From positions 34,372-98,371 of the forward strand of contig JANLOO010000034.1 of NCBI GenBank assembly GCA_031366605.1: a stretch of DNA of 64,000 bases. Direction: 5' to 3'. This DNA comes from Actinomycetota bacterium. Lineage in GTDB: Bacteria > Actinomycetota > Thermoleophilia > Miltoncostaeales > Miltoncostaeaceae. Under the pieces are notes generated by a model that searched no databases, was not told the DNA's origin, and saw only the letters and a list, made by a program, of their open reading frames with translations. A program made the translations under genes and the position numbers. Positions 19,509-28,106 of the stretch are shown here, piece after piece. The number at the start of each line of letters is the position of its first letter. Within the stretch, counting starts at the first letter, position 1.

Positions 19509-20788
19509 CAGTGGAAGACCTCCTCCGCGAGGGCGACGCCCGACTCGACACGGGCGGGCCACTTGGATTTCTGAAGCCGGAACGGACTGCGCGCACGACG
19601 CAAGCTCACGGCGGCCAGATACCAACCCAGCGCGTCCGGTCGTTGGCCATACCCCGCCAGGATGCCGTCCATCACGCGCGCCGCTCGCTCCGCGTCCCCG
19701 TCACGTCCGCCCGCGACGTTGGCGATGTAGCTGGCCACGTCATACGCCGGAGCGGCCGCACAGACCTCGTCGAAGTCGAGCACGACGAGTGAGCCATCAG
19801 CGATGCGAACCATCTGGCTGATGTTGAAGTCCCCATGTGACGGGACGGTATCGCCCATCGGCATCGCCTCGGTGAGCCGGCGCGTGAGCCGGCCAATGCG
19901 CGCGGCAAGGTCTGGACGGATGGCGCTCAGCAACCGCGCGTCGATACGCACCTGCTGCACATCGACGTCGGGCGATCGATGGCGGGGATACTCCTTTGGC
20001 TCGGAGTCGTGCAGTCGTCGCAACATCGCGCCGGCCTCCCAACCGGCGGCCACAGCGCCGTCACGGTCGATCCCCTCCCCGGTGACGAACGGCTGCAAGG
20101 TCATCCTCTGCTCCGCATCGGCCCCGAGCAGTCGCGCGGTTGCGGACCCAAACGTCTGCTCCGCCCATGCGAAGCCGTCGACAGCGCCTACGTATGCCTG
20201 CGGTCGCGAATACCACTTGACAACGGTGTCGCCGATCCGGCGGACCGCGCGTTCACCCGGGCGGTAGGCGAGGTCTGTCACCTCACCGATGCCCTCGGCG
20301 TTCGACCGGCCAAGTCGTTCCAACACCTCGGGGATCGGTCGCGCCAGCGCTGGCATGCGGGGGTCGTACGGAAACCAATGCACGGCCGCCTGGAGCTCGG
20401 CGTCCACGCCGCACAGCCGCCGCAGCGGACCGGTAGGTTGATTTACAGGGGAAACGACGTACCGGCCGGCCTCGCGCTCCCGAGACCCGTCCGCGCTCAT
20501 CGTGCCGACCGCGATCCGTGGTTGCCCCGCGATCCACACACGCCATGCGAGCTGGCAGTGCGTTCCCGGCGCGTAGTCGATCTGGCGAGGCTCGACTGCG
20601 TCGATCGACACTCCGGGCGTGAGCCAGGCGGCGAGTCGCTCTGCCACCAGATCCGTGTCGAGGAGCCGGGCGAGTCCAGGCAGGGTCGGATCGCTCGGCG
20701 GAGGCGGGACGGGCTTGGATCGACGACGTTCGGTCACTGGCTGCACGCTGGTACCACGTTCTGGCAGGCCGCGCTCGTACATCTGCAC
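19505..20788 (-). CDS. APH-fold phosphotransferase (second kinase, first gene of the operon)
   Basis: ..VPSHGDFNISQMVRIADGSLVVLDFDEVCAAAPAYDVASY... 427 aa. Confidence 0.7.
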   Translation of the reverse strand: MQMYERGLPERGTSVQPVTERRRSKPVPPPPSDPTLPGLARLLDTDLVAERLAAWLTPGVSIDAVEPRQIDYAPGTHCQLAWRVWIAGQPRIAVGTMSADGSREREAGRYVVSPVNQPTGPLRRLCGVDAELQAAVHWFPYDPRMPALARPIPEVLERLGRSNAEGIGEVTDLAYRPGERAVRRIGDTVVKWYSRPQAYVGAVDGFAWAEQTFGSATARLLGADAEQRMTLQPFVTGEGIDRDGAVAAGWEAGAMLRRLHDSEPKEYPRHRSPDVDVQQVRIDARLLSAIRPDLAARIGRLTRRLTEAMPMGDTVPSHGDFNISQMVRIADGSLVVLDFDEVCAAAPAYDVASYIANVAGGRDGDAERAARVMDGILAGYGQRPDALGWYLAAVSLRRARSPFRLQKSKWPARVESGVALAEEVFHW

Positions 20789-21122
20789 ATTGGGCCGGTC
20801 TCATCTTCCCCGATACCCGGGCTCCACGCGCCACGATCGGCCTCATGCGACCGGGCTCTTTGCGTTGATCGGTGTGCCGGGGCACGCCTTGAGGAGGCCT
20901 CTGTCGGTCGCACTTGAGGAGCGGGCCCGCCAGCCGGCATTACGTCAGGCCCGCGCAGCACGGGCAAGCAACCTGCCAGCCAGGTCGTGCCGGCCCGGCT
21001 TCTGGAGCTTGCACGCGTGCCTTGCGTTCTTCACGAGCCTGGCGGTACGGAACCACCCGGCCGCGGCCAGTCACGAACACCCGGGCCGTCACCACGATCG
21101 ACCACATGGCTGACTGAGAAAC

Positions 21123-21682
21123 TCATGTGAAGACGACGCAGACCTGCACCTGGGGCGGGGATTGAGCGAGGCGCTCGACCAACTGGGCCGCGCGCTGCCC
21201 CAGCCCCGGCTGGGCTGCCGCGATGACCTCGGTCCAGCCAGTGAGATCTCGAACCATCTCCTTCGCCCCGTAATGCACCAGATCGTCTGCTTCGACAGGG
21301 CCCAGTTACGGACCCATTCGGCCGCGAGACTCCCGGCTCCCCGATCGGGCATCTCGTCCGCGCGTGCGCCCTCCATCCACCTGAAGACCAGGCAGGCGAG
21401 CCCTGCATCGTGGCCGACGAGAACCAACGCACTCGGTCCGCACGGCTGCGCGAGACCCAGTCTGGCCAGGCGGTCAAGGAGTTCACCTCGTGTGGTTGCC
21501 GGCGCTTGACGGCCTTGACAGCGAGCCGCCGCCGACCGGACCGAACTTCGACCGCGAGGTGGCTTGCGGGATGGCCACGGAGCACGCGAACGTCTCTGAC
21601 GCTTCGCCGAGACCATATTCGGCTTGCACGCTTTCGACCCCTCGTTCGTGAGCGGCAGCACGGGCGGGAATCGCGGGATCAC
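21123..21682 (-). pseudogene. Possible decayed alpha/beta-hydrolase-like gene with multiple frameshifts
   Basis: A GTG at 21682 overlaps the upstream stop (GTGA), but no single frame stays protein-like. Ordered fragments are spread over three frames: ..VQAEYGLGEASE.., ..VRVLRGHPASHLA.. (HGxP-like), ..ELLDRLARLGL..ALVLVGHDAGLA.. (a GHDxG nucleophile-elbow-like motif), and ..DDLVHYGAKEMVRDLTGWTEVIAAAQPGLGQRAAQLVERLAQ..*. Confidence 0.3.
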
Positions 21683-22329
21683 TCGGAAGCATCGTCGGGG
21701 CCCTGCATTCGCTGGTCGATCACGCGCAGCTCGTTGCCCGTGACGTCAAGCCAGATGCCGAGCACCGATCCGGGCCACGGGTGGTAGCCCGTTTCGACCA
21801 CGGCTTCCTCCAGGGTGTACCCCAAGAGGACCCCGTCCAGGAGTCGGTTCAGCCGCCGGTGACTCACGACAAGCAGGTGCGCTCCCTCGGCGAGGATCGG
21901 TGTGACGCGGGCGGCGAAGCGCTCTGCACGGATCCAGGCGTCGCGAAGACTCTCACCACCGGGAACGGGGTCATAGAGGTAGTCGCGTTTGAGCTTGACC
22001 GGCACGTCCGCCTGAGAGGTTCCACAGAACTCACCGAAGTCGAACTCCGTCAGATCGTCGTCAATCTGGACCGCGAGCCCGCGTGCCAGCGACAGCGGAG
22101 CCGCCGTTTCTCGGGCGCGTGAGAGAGGGCTTGCATAGATCGCGTCGATTGGCTCATTGGCGAGAAGGTCGCGGATGGCAAGAGCTTGGGCGCGTCCGAC
22201 ATCGTCCAAGGGGACATCTCGCCGTCCCAGGCGGCGGTTCTCGAGGTTCCAGCGCGTGCGCCCATGCCGCGCGAGCAGGATGCGACGCGGCCGGCCCGGC
22301 TCACGAAGGCTTGAGGCGACGGGGGGCAC
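21679..22329 (-). CDS. Histidine phosphatase family protein (PGM-like)
   Basis: The ORF contains ..RILLARHGRTRWNLENRRLGRRDVPLDDVGRAQA..IYASPLSRARETA.. and a later ..LLVVSHRRLNRLL... Confidence 0.85.
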   Translation of the reverse strand: MPPVASSLREPGRPRRILLARHGRTRWNLENRRLGRRDVPLDDVGRAQALAIRDLLANEPIDAIYASPLSRARETAAPLSLARGLAVQIDDDLTEFDFGEFCGTSQADVPVKLKRDYLYDPVPGGESLRDAWIRAERFAARVTPILAEGAHLLVVSHRRLNRLLDGVLLGYTLEEAVVETGYHPWPGSVLGIWLDVTGNELRVIDQRMQGPDDASE

Positions 22330-22414
22330 AGAGTTCGCTCAGTCGCCTCGACGAGAGCCGACCGCGGAGACGCTTGCGGACCTCGACTGAAATCGCTCAA
22401 TCACGGGCTGCACG

Positions 22415-22741
22415 GTGAGTACCACGTTCAGACGCCGGCATTCGTACGCCGCCCCACTGGGGTGGGTCCACGTCCCCCGATACCCTAGCCCTGTGCGACG
22501 GATGATCGGTTTCATGGTGACCGGCCTGATGGCGCTGATCACCGTGCCCACGGGAGCCATGATGATCCTGTTCGGCAGCTTCCCGGGCGAGCCGGTGGTC
22601 ACCGCTGCGCAACGCCAGGAGCGGATCATCCTGGTCGCCGGCGGCATCGTGTTCCTGGTCGCAGGCATCCTGCTGACCCTCGTCTCCATCCGCCTGCGCC
22701 CCCGCCCGGGCGACTTCGATCCGCCACCGGACCTGGACTGA
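22415..22741 (+). CDS. Small membrane protein (2 predicted TM helices), hypothetical
   Basis: ..MIGFMVTGLMALITVPTGAMMILFG...RIILVAGGIVFLVAGILLTLVSI... The start may be the internal ATG near 22502. Confidence 0.5.
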   Translation: MSTTFRRRHSYAAPLGWVHVPRYPSPVRRMIGFMVTGLMALITVPTGAMMILFGSFPGEPVVTAAQRQERIILVAGGIVFLVAGILLTLVSIRLRPRPGDFDPPPDLD

Positions 22742-22803
22742 ACTGAATCGTCGGCGCCGGCCGTCGGTCGCTCGGAGAGGAGCCAAGCGGGTACGCTTGC
22801 GGC

Positions 22804-23145
22804 ATGACGTTTCCCCGCACCGCGTCGAGCGTCGCAATGTACCTCGCGGTGGTACTCGCAGTCGCCGCCGTGGCGGTTTTTGCGGCACTCGGCTTCGTGA
22901 CCCTGGCGGGGTTGTGGCTCGTATTCGCCGCACTCGTCGGATGGGCCACGTGGGCACTGCGCGGCACGCCGCGGACGCTTCGCGCAGTCCTGTCCTTGGG
23001 GCTGATACCGCTCTTCGTGATCCTGGCTTGGGAGGGCGGGCTGTTCTTCATCCCCTCGGCGATGGCGTTGATCGTCGCGCACGGATGGGAGCCGGCGCCG
23101 CACCAATCCGGCGTCCACCCCCACAAGATCACCGGCTCAGCCTGA
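22804..23145 (+). CDS. Small membrane protein (3-4 predicted TM helices), hypothetical
   Basis: ..VAMYLAVVLAVAAVAVFAALGFVTLAGLWLVFAALVGWATWAL..VLSLGLIPLFVILAWEGGLFFIPSAMALIVA.. Confidence 0.55.
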   Translation: MTFPRTASSVAMYLAVVLAVAAVAVFAALGFVTLAGLWLVFAALVGWATWALRGTPRTLRAVLSLGLIPLFVILAWEGGLFFIPSAMALIVAHGWEPAPHQSGVHPHKITGSA

Positions 23146-23183
23146 CAGTGCGTTCCGGCGCGCGGCGGGCAGATCGGCGAGTT

Positions 23184-23203
23184 CGGGTTTTCTCCAGAAC
23201 CCG
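23184..23203. terminator. Hairpin between the convergent membrane-protein gene and ssrA
   Basis: The sequence is CGGGTT-ttctccag-AACCCG. It sits 10 nt past the tmRNA 3' end and 39 nt past the stop at 23145. There is a T-run on the plus strand. Confidence 0.4.
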
Positions 23204-23212
23204 CCCGATGAG

Positions 23213-23572
23213 TGGACCCGGCCGGTACTGCCCCGGCGTCCGAAAGTGCTTGTGAAACGACTTCTCCGAGCGCAGCCGTCGATGATTTTCTCGCGGAGGA
23301 CGTCACCGTCGGCCGACCATTCCCCCACCAGGCTTTCCTGAAGTCTCACCCCTCCGCCGAAAGCCGTTGCTTCGGGGCCAGAATCGCTATACGACACCGG
23401 AGATCCCCCTCACGATTCACAGGGGGCCCGATGGCTTACGACCGGTGTTTAGGCGGCGTAAGCGAGCTGGCGGTTGTCCGCAGCTACATTGGTCCCGGTT
23501 GTTAACGCGGTCCACCGGGTCCGCGGCTCGCTAATCGTTCCCGTCCCACCTCGTCGAAACTGTTTCGGGCCC
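23213..23572 (-). ncRNA. ssrA: tmRNA (SsrA)
   Basis: Found by reading the minus strand.
- The 5' GGGCCCG (23572-23566) pairs with the 3' CGGGUCC (23220-23214). This gives a 7-bp acceptor stem with G3:U70, followed by discriminator A at 23213.
- The 5' stem is followed by AAACAGUUUCGAC.
- An internal tag ORF, GCG GAC AAC CGC CAG CUC GCU UAC GCC GCC UAA (23481-23449), encodes ADNRQLAYAA and is preceded by UGUAGCU.
- The 3' region reads CUGCGCUCGGAGAAGUC...GGAC-GCCGG-GGCAGUA-CCGGC (T-arm).
- CCA is not encoded.
- smpB lies 4.5 kb away. Confidence 0.85.
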
Positions 23573-23685
23573 TTACCCCGTCGATGGTAGCACCAGGGTT
23601 CCCGACGGTCCGAACCTCATTGGGGACCACGCAGAAACGACTGCACCGTTCGACGGCTGCAAACCGTCGCCATACGGCACAGTGG

Positions 23686-24402
23686 TTATTTCTGCGCGGA
23701 CCCGTACGCGCCGGATACGCCGCTGAGGGTGTCGATCACGCGATCGGCCGGGGCTCCCAGACCCGCGAGGATCTCGGCGGCGTCACCGCCGTCGGCGACG
23801 AGGCCGAGCAGGATGTGTTTGCTCGTGATCTCGCCGTCGCGGCTGCGCGCAGCTTCCTTGAGCGCGCGCGCCAACACCCGCCGGGCCGCAGGCGTGAACG
23901 GCCGGCGCCCGATCGAGCCGGCCGGGCCCGAGCCGAGTCGCTCTGTGACGGCCGCCACGACACCCTGACGGGTGACGCCCAACGTCGCCAGCGCCACGCC
24001 GGCCGGAGCCGAACTCGCCGAGACGAGGCTGATCAGCAGGTGTTCGGTACCGACCCGCCGGTGCCCCAGGGAAGCGGCTTCGTCGATGGCTGCGCCAACG
24101 GCCGCCCGGGCCTCTTCGGCGAACCGTTCGAACGGGACGAACCCCCGCAACCTGCGGTGCACCTTGTGTTCCGGGCCCCGATCCGATGGAGCCGCCCCAT
24201 CGACGGGCTCCACGATCTGGTGGACCCGCTGGTGACTCAGGCCGAGGGCCTCCGCGATCTCGCGCAGTGAGCCGCCCGCTGCGTGGAGCTTGCGGATTGT
24301 GTGGTGATAGTCGACGCGTGCGACCTCGGCCGAATGCTGAAGTTCAAGCAGGCGGTTGCGGGCGTTCTCGGCGCCGGTGAGTGTGTCTTTGTCCAGTGTC
24401 AT
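23686..24402 (-). CDS. HTH plus Clp N-terminal (Clp R) repeat domain protein
   Basis: The N-terminus has ..SLREIAEALGLSHQRVHQIV.. (HTH). Two Clp_N repeats follow: ..EAASLGHRRVGTEHLLISLV.. and ..FTPAARRVLARALKEAARSRDGEITSKHILLGLV... The start is ATG 24402 or GTG 24435. Confidence 0.8.
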   Translation of the reverse strand: MTLDKDTLTGAENARNRLLELQHSAEVARVDYHHTIRKLHAAGGSLREIAEALGLSHQRVHQIVEPVDGAAPSDRGPEHKVHRRLRGFVPFERFAEEARAAVGAAIDEAASLGHRRVGTEHLLISLVSASSAPAGVALATLGVTRQGVVAAVTERLGSGPAGSIGRRPFTPAARRVLARALKEAARSRDGEITSKHILLGLVADGGDAAEILAGLGAPADRVIDTLSGVSGAYGSAQK

Positions 24403-24517
24403 CACTGACTGTTCCTTTCGTTCTGTACGCGGCAAGCGTACTAGACACTGTGTGGATCGTCAAGCGACATAGACGGCCCACGACGGGGCCTGCGCAGTGC
24501 ACGTCTAGACTGACTTC

Positions 24518-25228
24518 ATGCGTGTGATGCTCATGCGAACCTGTCTGGCCGATCACGTTGCGCCCGGGGTTGCCACGGCGACGATCCGTGTGCTCGAACG
24601 GCTCGGCGTGAGCGTCACGGTCCCGAGAGCCCAAACATGTTGCGGCCAGCCCGGCTGGAGTGCGGGGCATCCCGATCAGGCGCGCACAGTCGCACGACAG
24701 GCGCTGAAGGCGTTCGCCGGGACCGACCCGGTCGTCGTGCCGTCGGGCTCGTGCGCGGCGATGCTCACACACGGCTACGCCGATCTGTTCGCCGGTGACG
24801 ATGAGGAAGACGCGGCCCGCGACCTGGCGGCCCGCACGTTCGAGCTGACGCAGTTCATCCACCAGAACGGACTGACACCCGCCGCCGCGGGCGATGCCCC
24901 GGCAACGGTGACGTACCACGACTCGTGCCACATGCTGCGCCTGCTGCGCGAGCGCGACAGCCCACGTGCGGTCATCGCAGGCGCAGGCGTGGAACTTCTC
25001 GAGATGGCCGACACCGACGTGTGCTGCGGATTCGGTGGCGCGTTCTCGATCACGTTCCCCGAGGTCTCGGGCGCGCTCGGCGAGCAGAAGGCCCGGAGCG
25101 CCGCCGACTCCGACGCAGAGGAACTCGTCGCATGCGACCTGTCGTGCCTGATTCACATCGTGGGCCGCGGCCGGCGTGTCGGGGTCCCCCTCCGTGCCCG
25201 GCACATCGCGGAGCTGTTGGACCGTTGA
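24518..25228 (+). CDS. lutA: Lactate utilization protein A (LutA/LldE, CCG-domain Fe-S oxidoreductase)
   Basis: MRVMLMRTCLADHVAPGVATATIRVLERLGVSVTVPRAQTCCGQP...DSCHMLR...CCGFGG. Confidence 0.88.
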   Translation: MRVMLMRTCLADHVAPGVATATIRVLERLGVSVTVPRAQTCCGQPGWSAGHPDQARTVARQALKAFAGTDPVVVPSGSCAAMLTHGYADLFAGDDEEDAARDLAARTFELTQFIHQNGLTPAAAGDAPATVTYHDSCHMLRLLRERDSPRAVIAGAGVELLEMADTDVCCGFGGAFSITFPEVSGALGEQKARSAADSDAEELVACDLSCLIHIVGRGRRVGVPLRARHIAELLDR

Positions 25229-26613
25229 CGACCGGCGTCAGCTACGACGAGGGGCCGCCGCTGCGCGCACGTACCGCTGCAGCCGTGGCGGATGAGCAGC
25301 TCCGGGCCAACTTGCAGGCGACGGCGGCCAGCTGGACGACCGGTCGCGAGAAGATGCGCGACGCGTTCGGGTTCGACCAGATGCGCGAGCGCGCCCGTGA
25401 GATCCGCCGCGGCAACATCCGGCAGCTCCCCGAACTCCTCGATCGCCTCGAAGAGCGGGTCCGGGCAAACGGCGGGATCGTCTACCGCGCGGCCGATCGT
25501 GACGCGGCGGCCAAGTACGTCGTCGATCTGGCCCAGGCACGGGGCGCAACGCTCGTGGCCAAGTCCAAGTCGATGGCGACCGAGGAGATCAAGCTCAACG
25601 AAGCCCTCGGGGAGGCCGGCGTACGCGTCGTCGAGACCGATCTGGGCGAGTGGATCCTGCAGCTGTCAGGGCAGCGGCCGTCACACATCATCGCCCCGGC
25701 CGTACACCTCAACCGCACCGAGATCGCCGAACTCTTCCGCGCCGAGAGCGGTGAGGACATCCCCGACGAACGCGAGGCACTGGTGGCGTACGCCCGCCGC
25801 CGCCTGCGCGCCGAATTCGCGGCGGCCGAGATCGGCGTCAGCGGCGTCAACCTGGGCGTCGCCGACACCGGGACGCTGTGCGTCATGGAGAACGAGGGTA
25901 ACGCGCGGCTGGTCACCGCCCTCCCCCGAATCCACGTGGCGATGATGGGCGCCGAACGTGTTGTCGCCGATTGGGACGAAGCCGCCCACATCCTGCAGCT
26001 GCTCCCCATGGCCGCCATCGGCGACGACGCCAGTACCTACGTCAACCTCATCACCGGACCCCGCCGTGAGGGTGAGACCGACGGCCCCGAGGAGCTGCAC
26101 CTCGTCATCCTGGACGGTGGACGCATGGCGCTCCGCGGAACCGAATTCGAAGAGGCGCTCGACTGCATCCGCTGCGGCGCGTGCCTGTACTCATGTCCAA
26201 TGTGGCGAACCGTGGGCGGCCAGGCGTACGGGTCGCCGTACTCGGGTCCCATCGGCGCGGTCATCACGCCATTGTTGGAGGGCGTCAGCTCACCGCGGGG
26301 CAGCGAGCTGCCGTTCTTGTCATCACTCTGCGGGGCGTGCCACGACGCCTGCCCCGTCGGGATCCCACTCCATGATCTACTCGTCAAGATCCGCGGTGCG
26401 GTCAGCACTCCGGCTCACCGGCGAGCACGGTTGGGAGCGCGGGTCTGGGCGGCAATGTGGCGCCGCCCCTGGGCGTACCGCATCGGGGTCGCGATGACCC
26501 GCGGCGGGCTGCGCGTGCTTGGCCGCAAGGGATGGATCGGCCGCCTCCCAGGACCGGCCGGTCGCTGGACGTCGCAACGTGACCTTCCGGCGCGGTGGCC
26601 TCCGCCCCGGTGA
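25225..26613 (+). CDS. lutB: Lactate utilization protein B (LutB/LldF, 4Fe-4S protein)
   Basis: This is the in-frame part of ORF 24925..26613 downstream of lutA. It contains ..KSKSMATEEIKLNEAL.., ..CIRCGACLYSCPMW.. and ..LCGACHDACPVGIPL... A TTG at 25225 overlaps the lutA TGA. The exact start is uncertain. Confidence 0.85.
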   Translation: MTTGVSYDEGPPLRARTAAAVADEQLRANLQATAASWTTGREKMRDAFGFDQMRERAREIRRGNIRQLPELLDRLEERVRANGGIVYRAADRDAAAKYVVDLAQARGATLVAKSKSMATEEIKLNEALGEAGVRVVETDLGEWILQLSGQRPSHIIAPAVHLNRTEIAELFRAESGEDIPDEREALVAYARRRLRAEFAAAEIGVSGVNLGVADTGTLCVMENEGNARLVTALPRIHVAMMGAERVVADWDEAAHILQLLPMAAIGDDASTYVNLITGPRREGETDGPEELHLVILDGGRMALRGTEFEEALDCIRCGACLYSCPMWRTVGGQAYGSPYSGPIGAVITPLLEGVSSPRGSELPFLSSLCGACHDACPVGIPLHDLLVKIRGAVSTPAHRRARLGARVWAAMWRRPWAYRIGVAMTRGGLRVLGRKGWIGRLPGPAGRWTSQRDLPARWPPPR

Positions 26614-27176
26614 TCGACGCGTTCATCGGAGCCCTCGCCCGCCGCCGGGCAACCGGTCAACCGGTCGTTGCCGACGCGTGTGCCGGCGCCTGTGTCGCGC
26701 AGATGAGCACGTGGGGAGCAGGCCGGGCGCTGGTGCCGGACGAGCCGTGGCTCGCGGCACTCGGCGTGCCCGACGCGATCCGTGCCGCCGGAATCGAGGT
26801 GGTGATGTGGCCCTCCGACCGCGGCTGGCGCGAGCTGCTCGGCCTCGACAACGCACCGCCCACATGTGCCATCACAGTGCCGATCGGCGCCGTGGCCGAA
26901 CGCGGTACCTTGCTGGTCGGCAGCTCGCCCGCCCACGGACGTTCGCTCGACGCCGTCGGCTGGTGGCACCTCGCGGTGCTCCGCGCGGACCTGATCTCGG
27001 CGACACTCGCGGAGTCGCTCGCCCTCGCCTACCCCCCCGGCATCGCTCCGCCGTCGGCGATCTCACTCGTGTCCGGTCCCAGCCGCACCTCAGACGTCGA
27101 GAAGATCACGACCTACGGCGCGCACGGTGCGCTCGAAGAGCACGTCGTCGTCGTCAGATCTTCCCCTTCCGGCTGA
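26610..27176 (+). CDS. lutC: Lactate utilization protein C (LutC, LUD domain)
   Basis: The ORF is 26595..27176. It contains ..AVAERGTLLVGSSPAHGRSLDAV..ISLVSGPSRTSDVEKI... GTG 26610 overlaps the lutB TGA; the alternative start is 26595. Confidence 0.8.
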   Translation: MIDAFIGALARRRATGQPVVADACAGACVAQMSTWGAGRALVPDEPWLAALGVPDAIRAAGIEVVMWPSDRGWRELLGLDNAPPTCAITVPIGAVAERGTLLVGSSPAHGRSLDAVGWWHLAVLRADLISATLAESLALAYPPGIAPPSAISLVSGPSRTSDVEKITTYGAHGALEEHVVVVRSSPSG

Positions 27177-27591
27177 GGTACTGACCCGCGGCGATCGCGC
27201 CCGCGGCGATCAGCGCGACGAAGATGCCCCACTTGAGGGACAGCCCGTCTGCAGGCCTGATGATGAGCCGGAACAACACGAGGATCGTTGCCGCGCCGCC
27301 AATCGTCTCGACGAAGCGATGGAATGACTCGTCGAGCTTGCCGAGTGCGACGAGCACGATCACCGCAGCCGCTCCAACCGACAGGAGCACAAGGAGGATG
27401 TCGACGAACTTGAACGCCTCGAACGCATCCGCCGACACATTGCTGAGGAACTGCTTCGCGAGATCTTCGGCGACGCCACCACCGAGATTTCCGGTCTTGA
27501 TCCCATACCAGGGGAAGAACAACGCCACGAACAACACCACGGCTCCAGCGAGCGAAATCCGGTCTCCCTTTTCAAGGCGGTCCAACATCAC
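27154..27591 (-). CDS. Hypothetical membrane protein (about 4 TM helices)
   Basis: The ORF is 145 aa with hydrophobic segments ..ISLAGAVVLFVALFFPWY.., ..ILLVLLSVGAAAVIVLVAL.., ..GGAATILVLFRLII.. and ..GIFVALIAAGAIAAG... Confidence 0.6.
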   Translation of the reverse strand: MMLDRLEKGDRISLAGAVVLFVALFFPWYGIKTGNLGGGVAEDLAKQFLSNVSADAFEAFKFVDILLVLLSVGAAAVIVLVALGKLDESFHRFVETIGGAATILVLFRLIIRPADGLSLKWGIFVALIAAGAIAAGQYLSRKGKI

Positions 27592-27714
27592 GCGGTCCTT
27601 TCGTCGATATCCACAACGAACGTTCGACGCGATTCACGAGTTGCCTGTCAGGGAGCTGCAGAGAAGTGAAACACCCCGAGCGCCATCTGGCGACGGGATC
27701 CTCCACGAGAGATC

Positions 27715-28104
27715 TCACACCGCGACCACTGCGTCGGCTTCGATCTCGACCAGCATCGCAGGGTCGATCAGGCGGCAGACTTCGACCATCGTCGTGACCG
27801 GGCGGACATCGCCGAAGAACTCGCAGTGCGCACGGCCGACCTCCTGCCAGCGGGAGATGTCGGTCACGTATATCCGCGTGCGCACGACATCGGCCAGGGC
27901 CGCGTCGGCCTGCTCAAGTGCCCGCTGGATATTGCGGAGGGCCTGCATCGCCTGCTCGTAGGCATCGTCGCCACCCACCACGGTCCCGTCGGGACCGGTC
28001 GCGGTCGTTCCCGACACGAACACCTGGTTTCCGACACGGACCGCCCGGGAGTAGCCGACGATGGCCTCCCACGGCACCCCGGATTCAACACGCGTGCGTT
28101 CCAT
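27715..28104 (-). CDS. RidA/YjgF-family protein
   Basis: ..[55 protein letters not shown]. 129 aa. Confidence 0.85.
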   Translation of the reverse strand: MERTRVESGVPWEAIVGYSRAVRVGNQVFVSGTTATGPDGTVVGGDDAYEQAMQALRNIQRALEQADAALADVVRTRIYVTDISRWQEVGRAHCEFFGDVRPVTTMVEVCRLIDPAMLVEIEADAVVAV

Positions 28105-28106
28105 CC

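Noticed and set aside
21089-21682. SixA-like phosphohistidine phosphatase reading of the 197-aa ORF (LVLVGHDAGL resembles LVGHNPGL)
   Set aside because: There is no RHA/RHG motif in the correct order. The ordered fragments fit an alpha/beta-hydrolase layout better. Either way the frame is not intact.
9834-23213. Genomic island integrated at the ssrA 3' end
   Set aside because: There is no integrase or recombinase. I could see no second copy of the ssrA 3' segment by eye, and the flanking infC-pheST-arg block is core. This cannot be excluded without a repeat search.
23573-23600. Possible circularly permuted (two-piece) tmRNA, suggested by GCUACCA (23591-23585) just upstream of the 5' end and a GGUUC...GAACC hairpin
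   Set aside because: A standard one-piece fold works: the 5' GGGCCCG pairs with the 3' CGGGUCC 350 nt downstream, with G3:U70. The upstream ACCA has no adjacent acceptor or T-arm.
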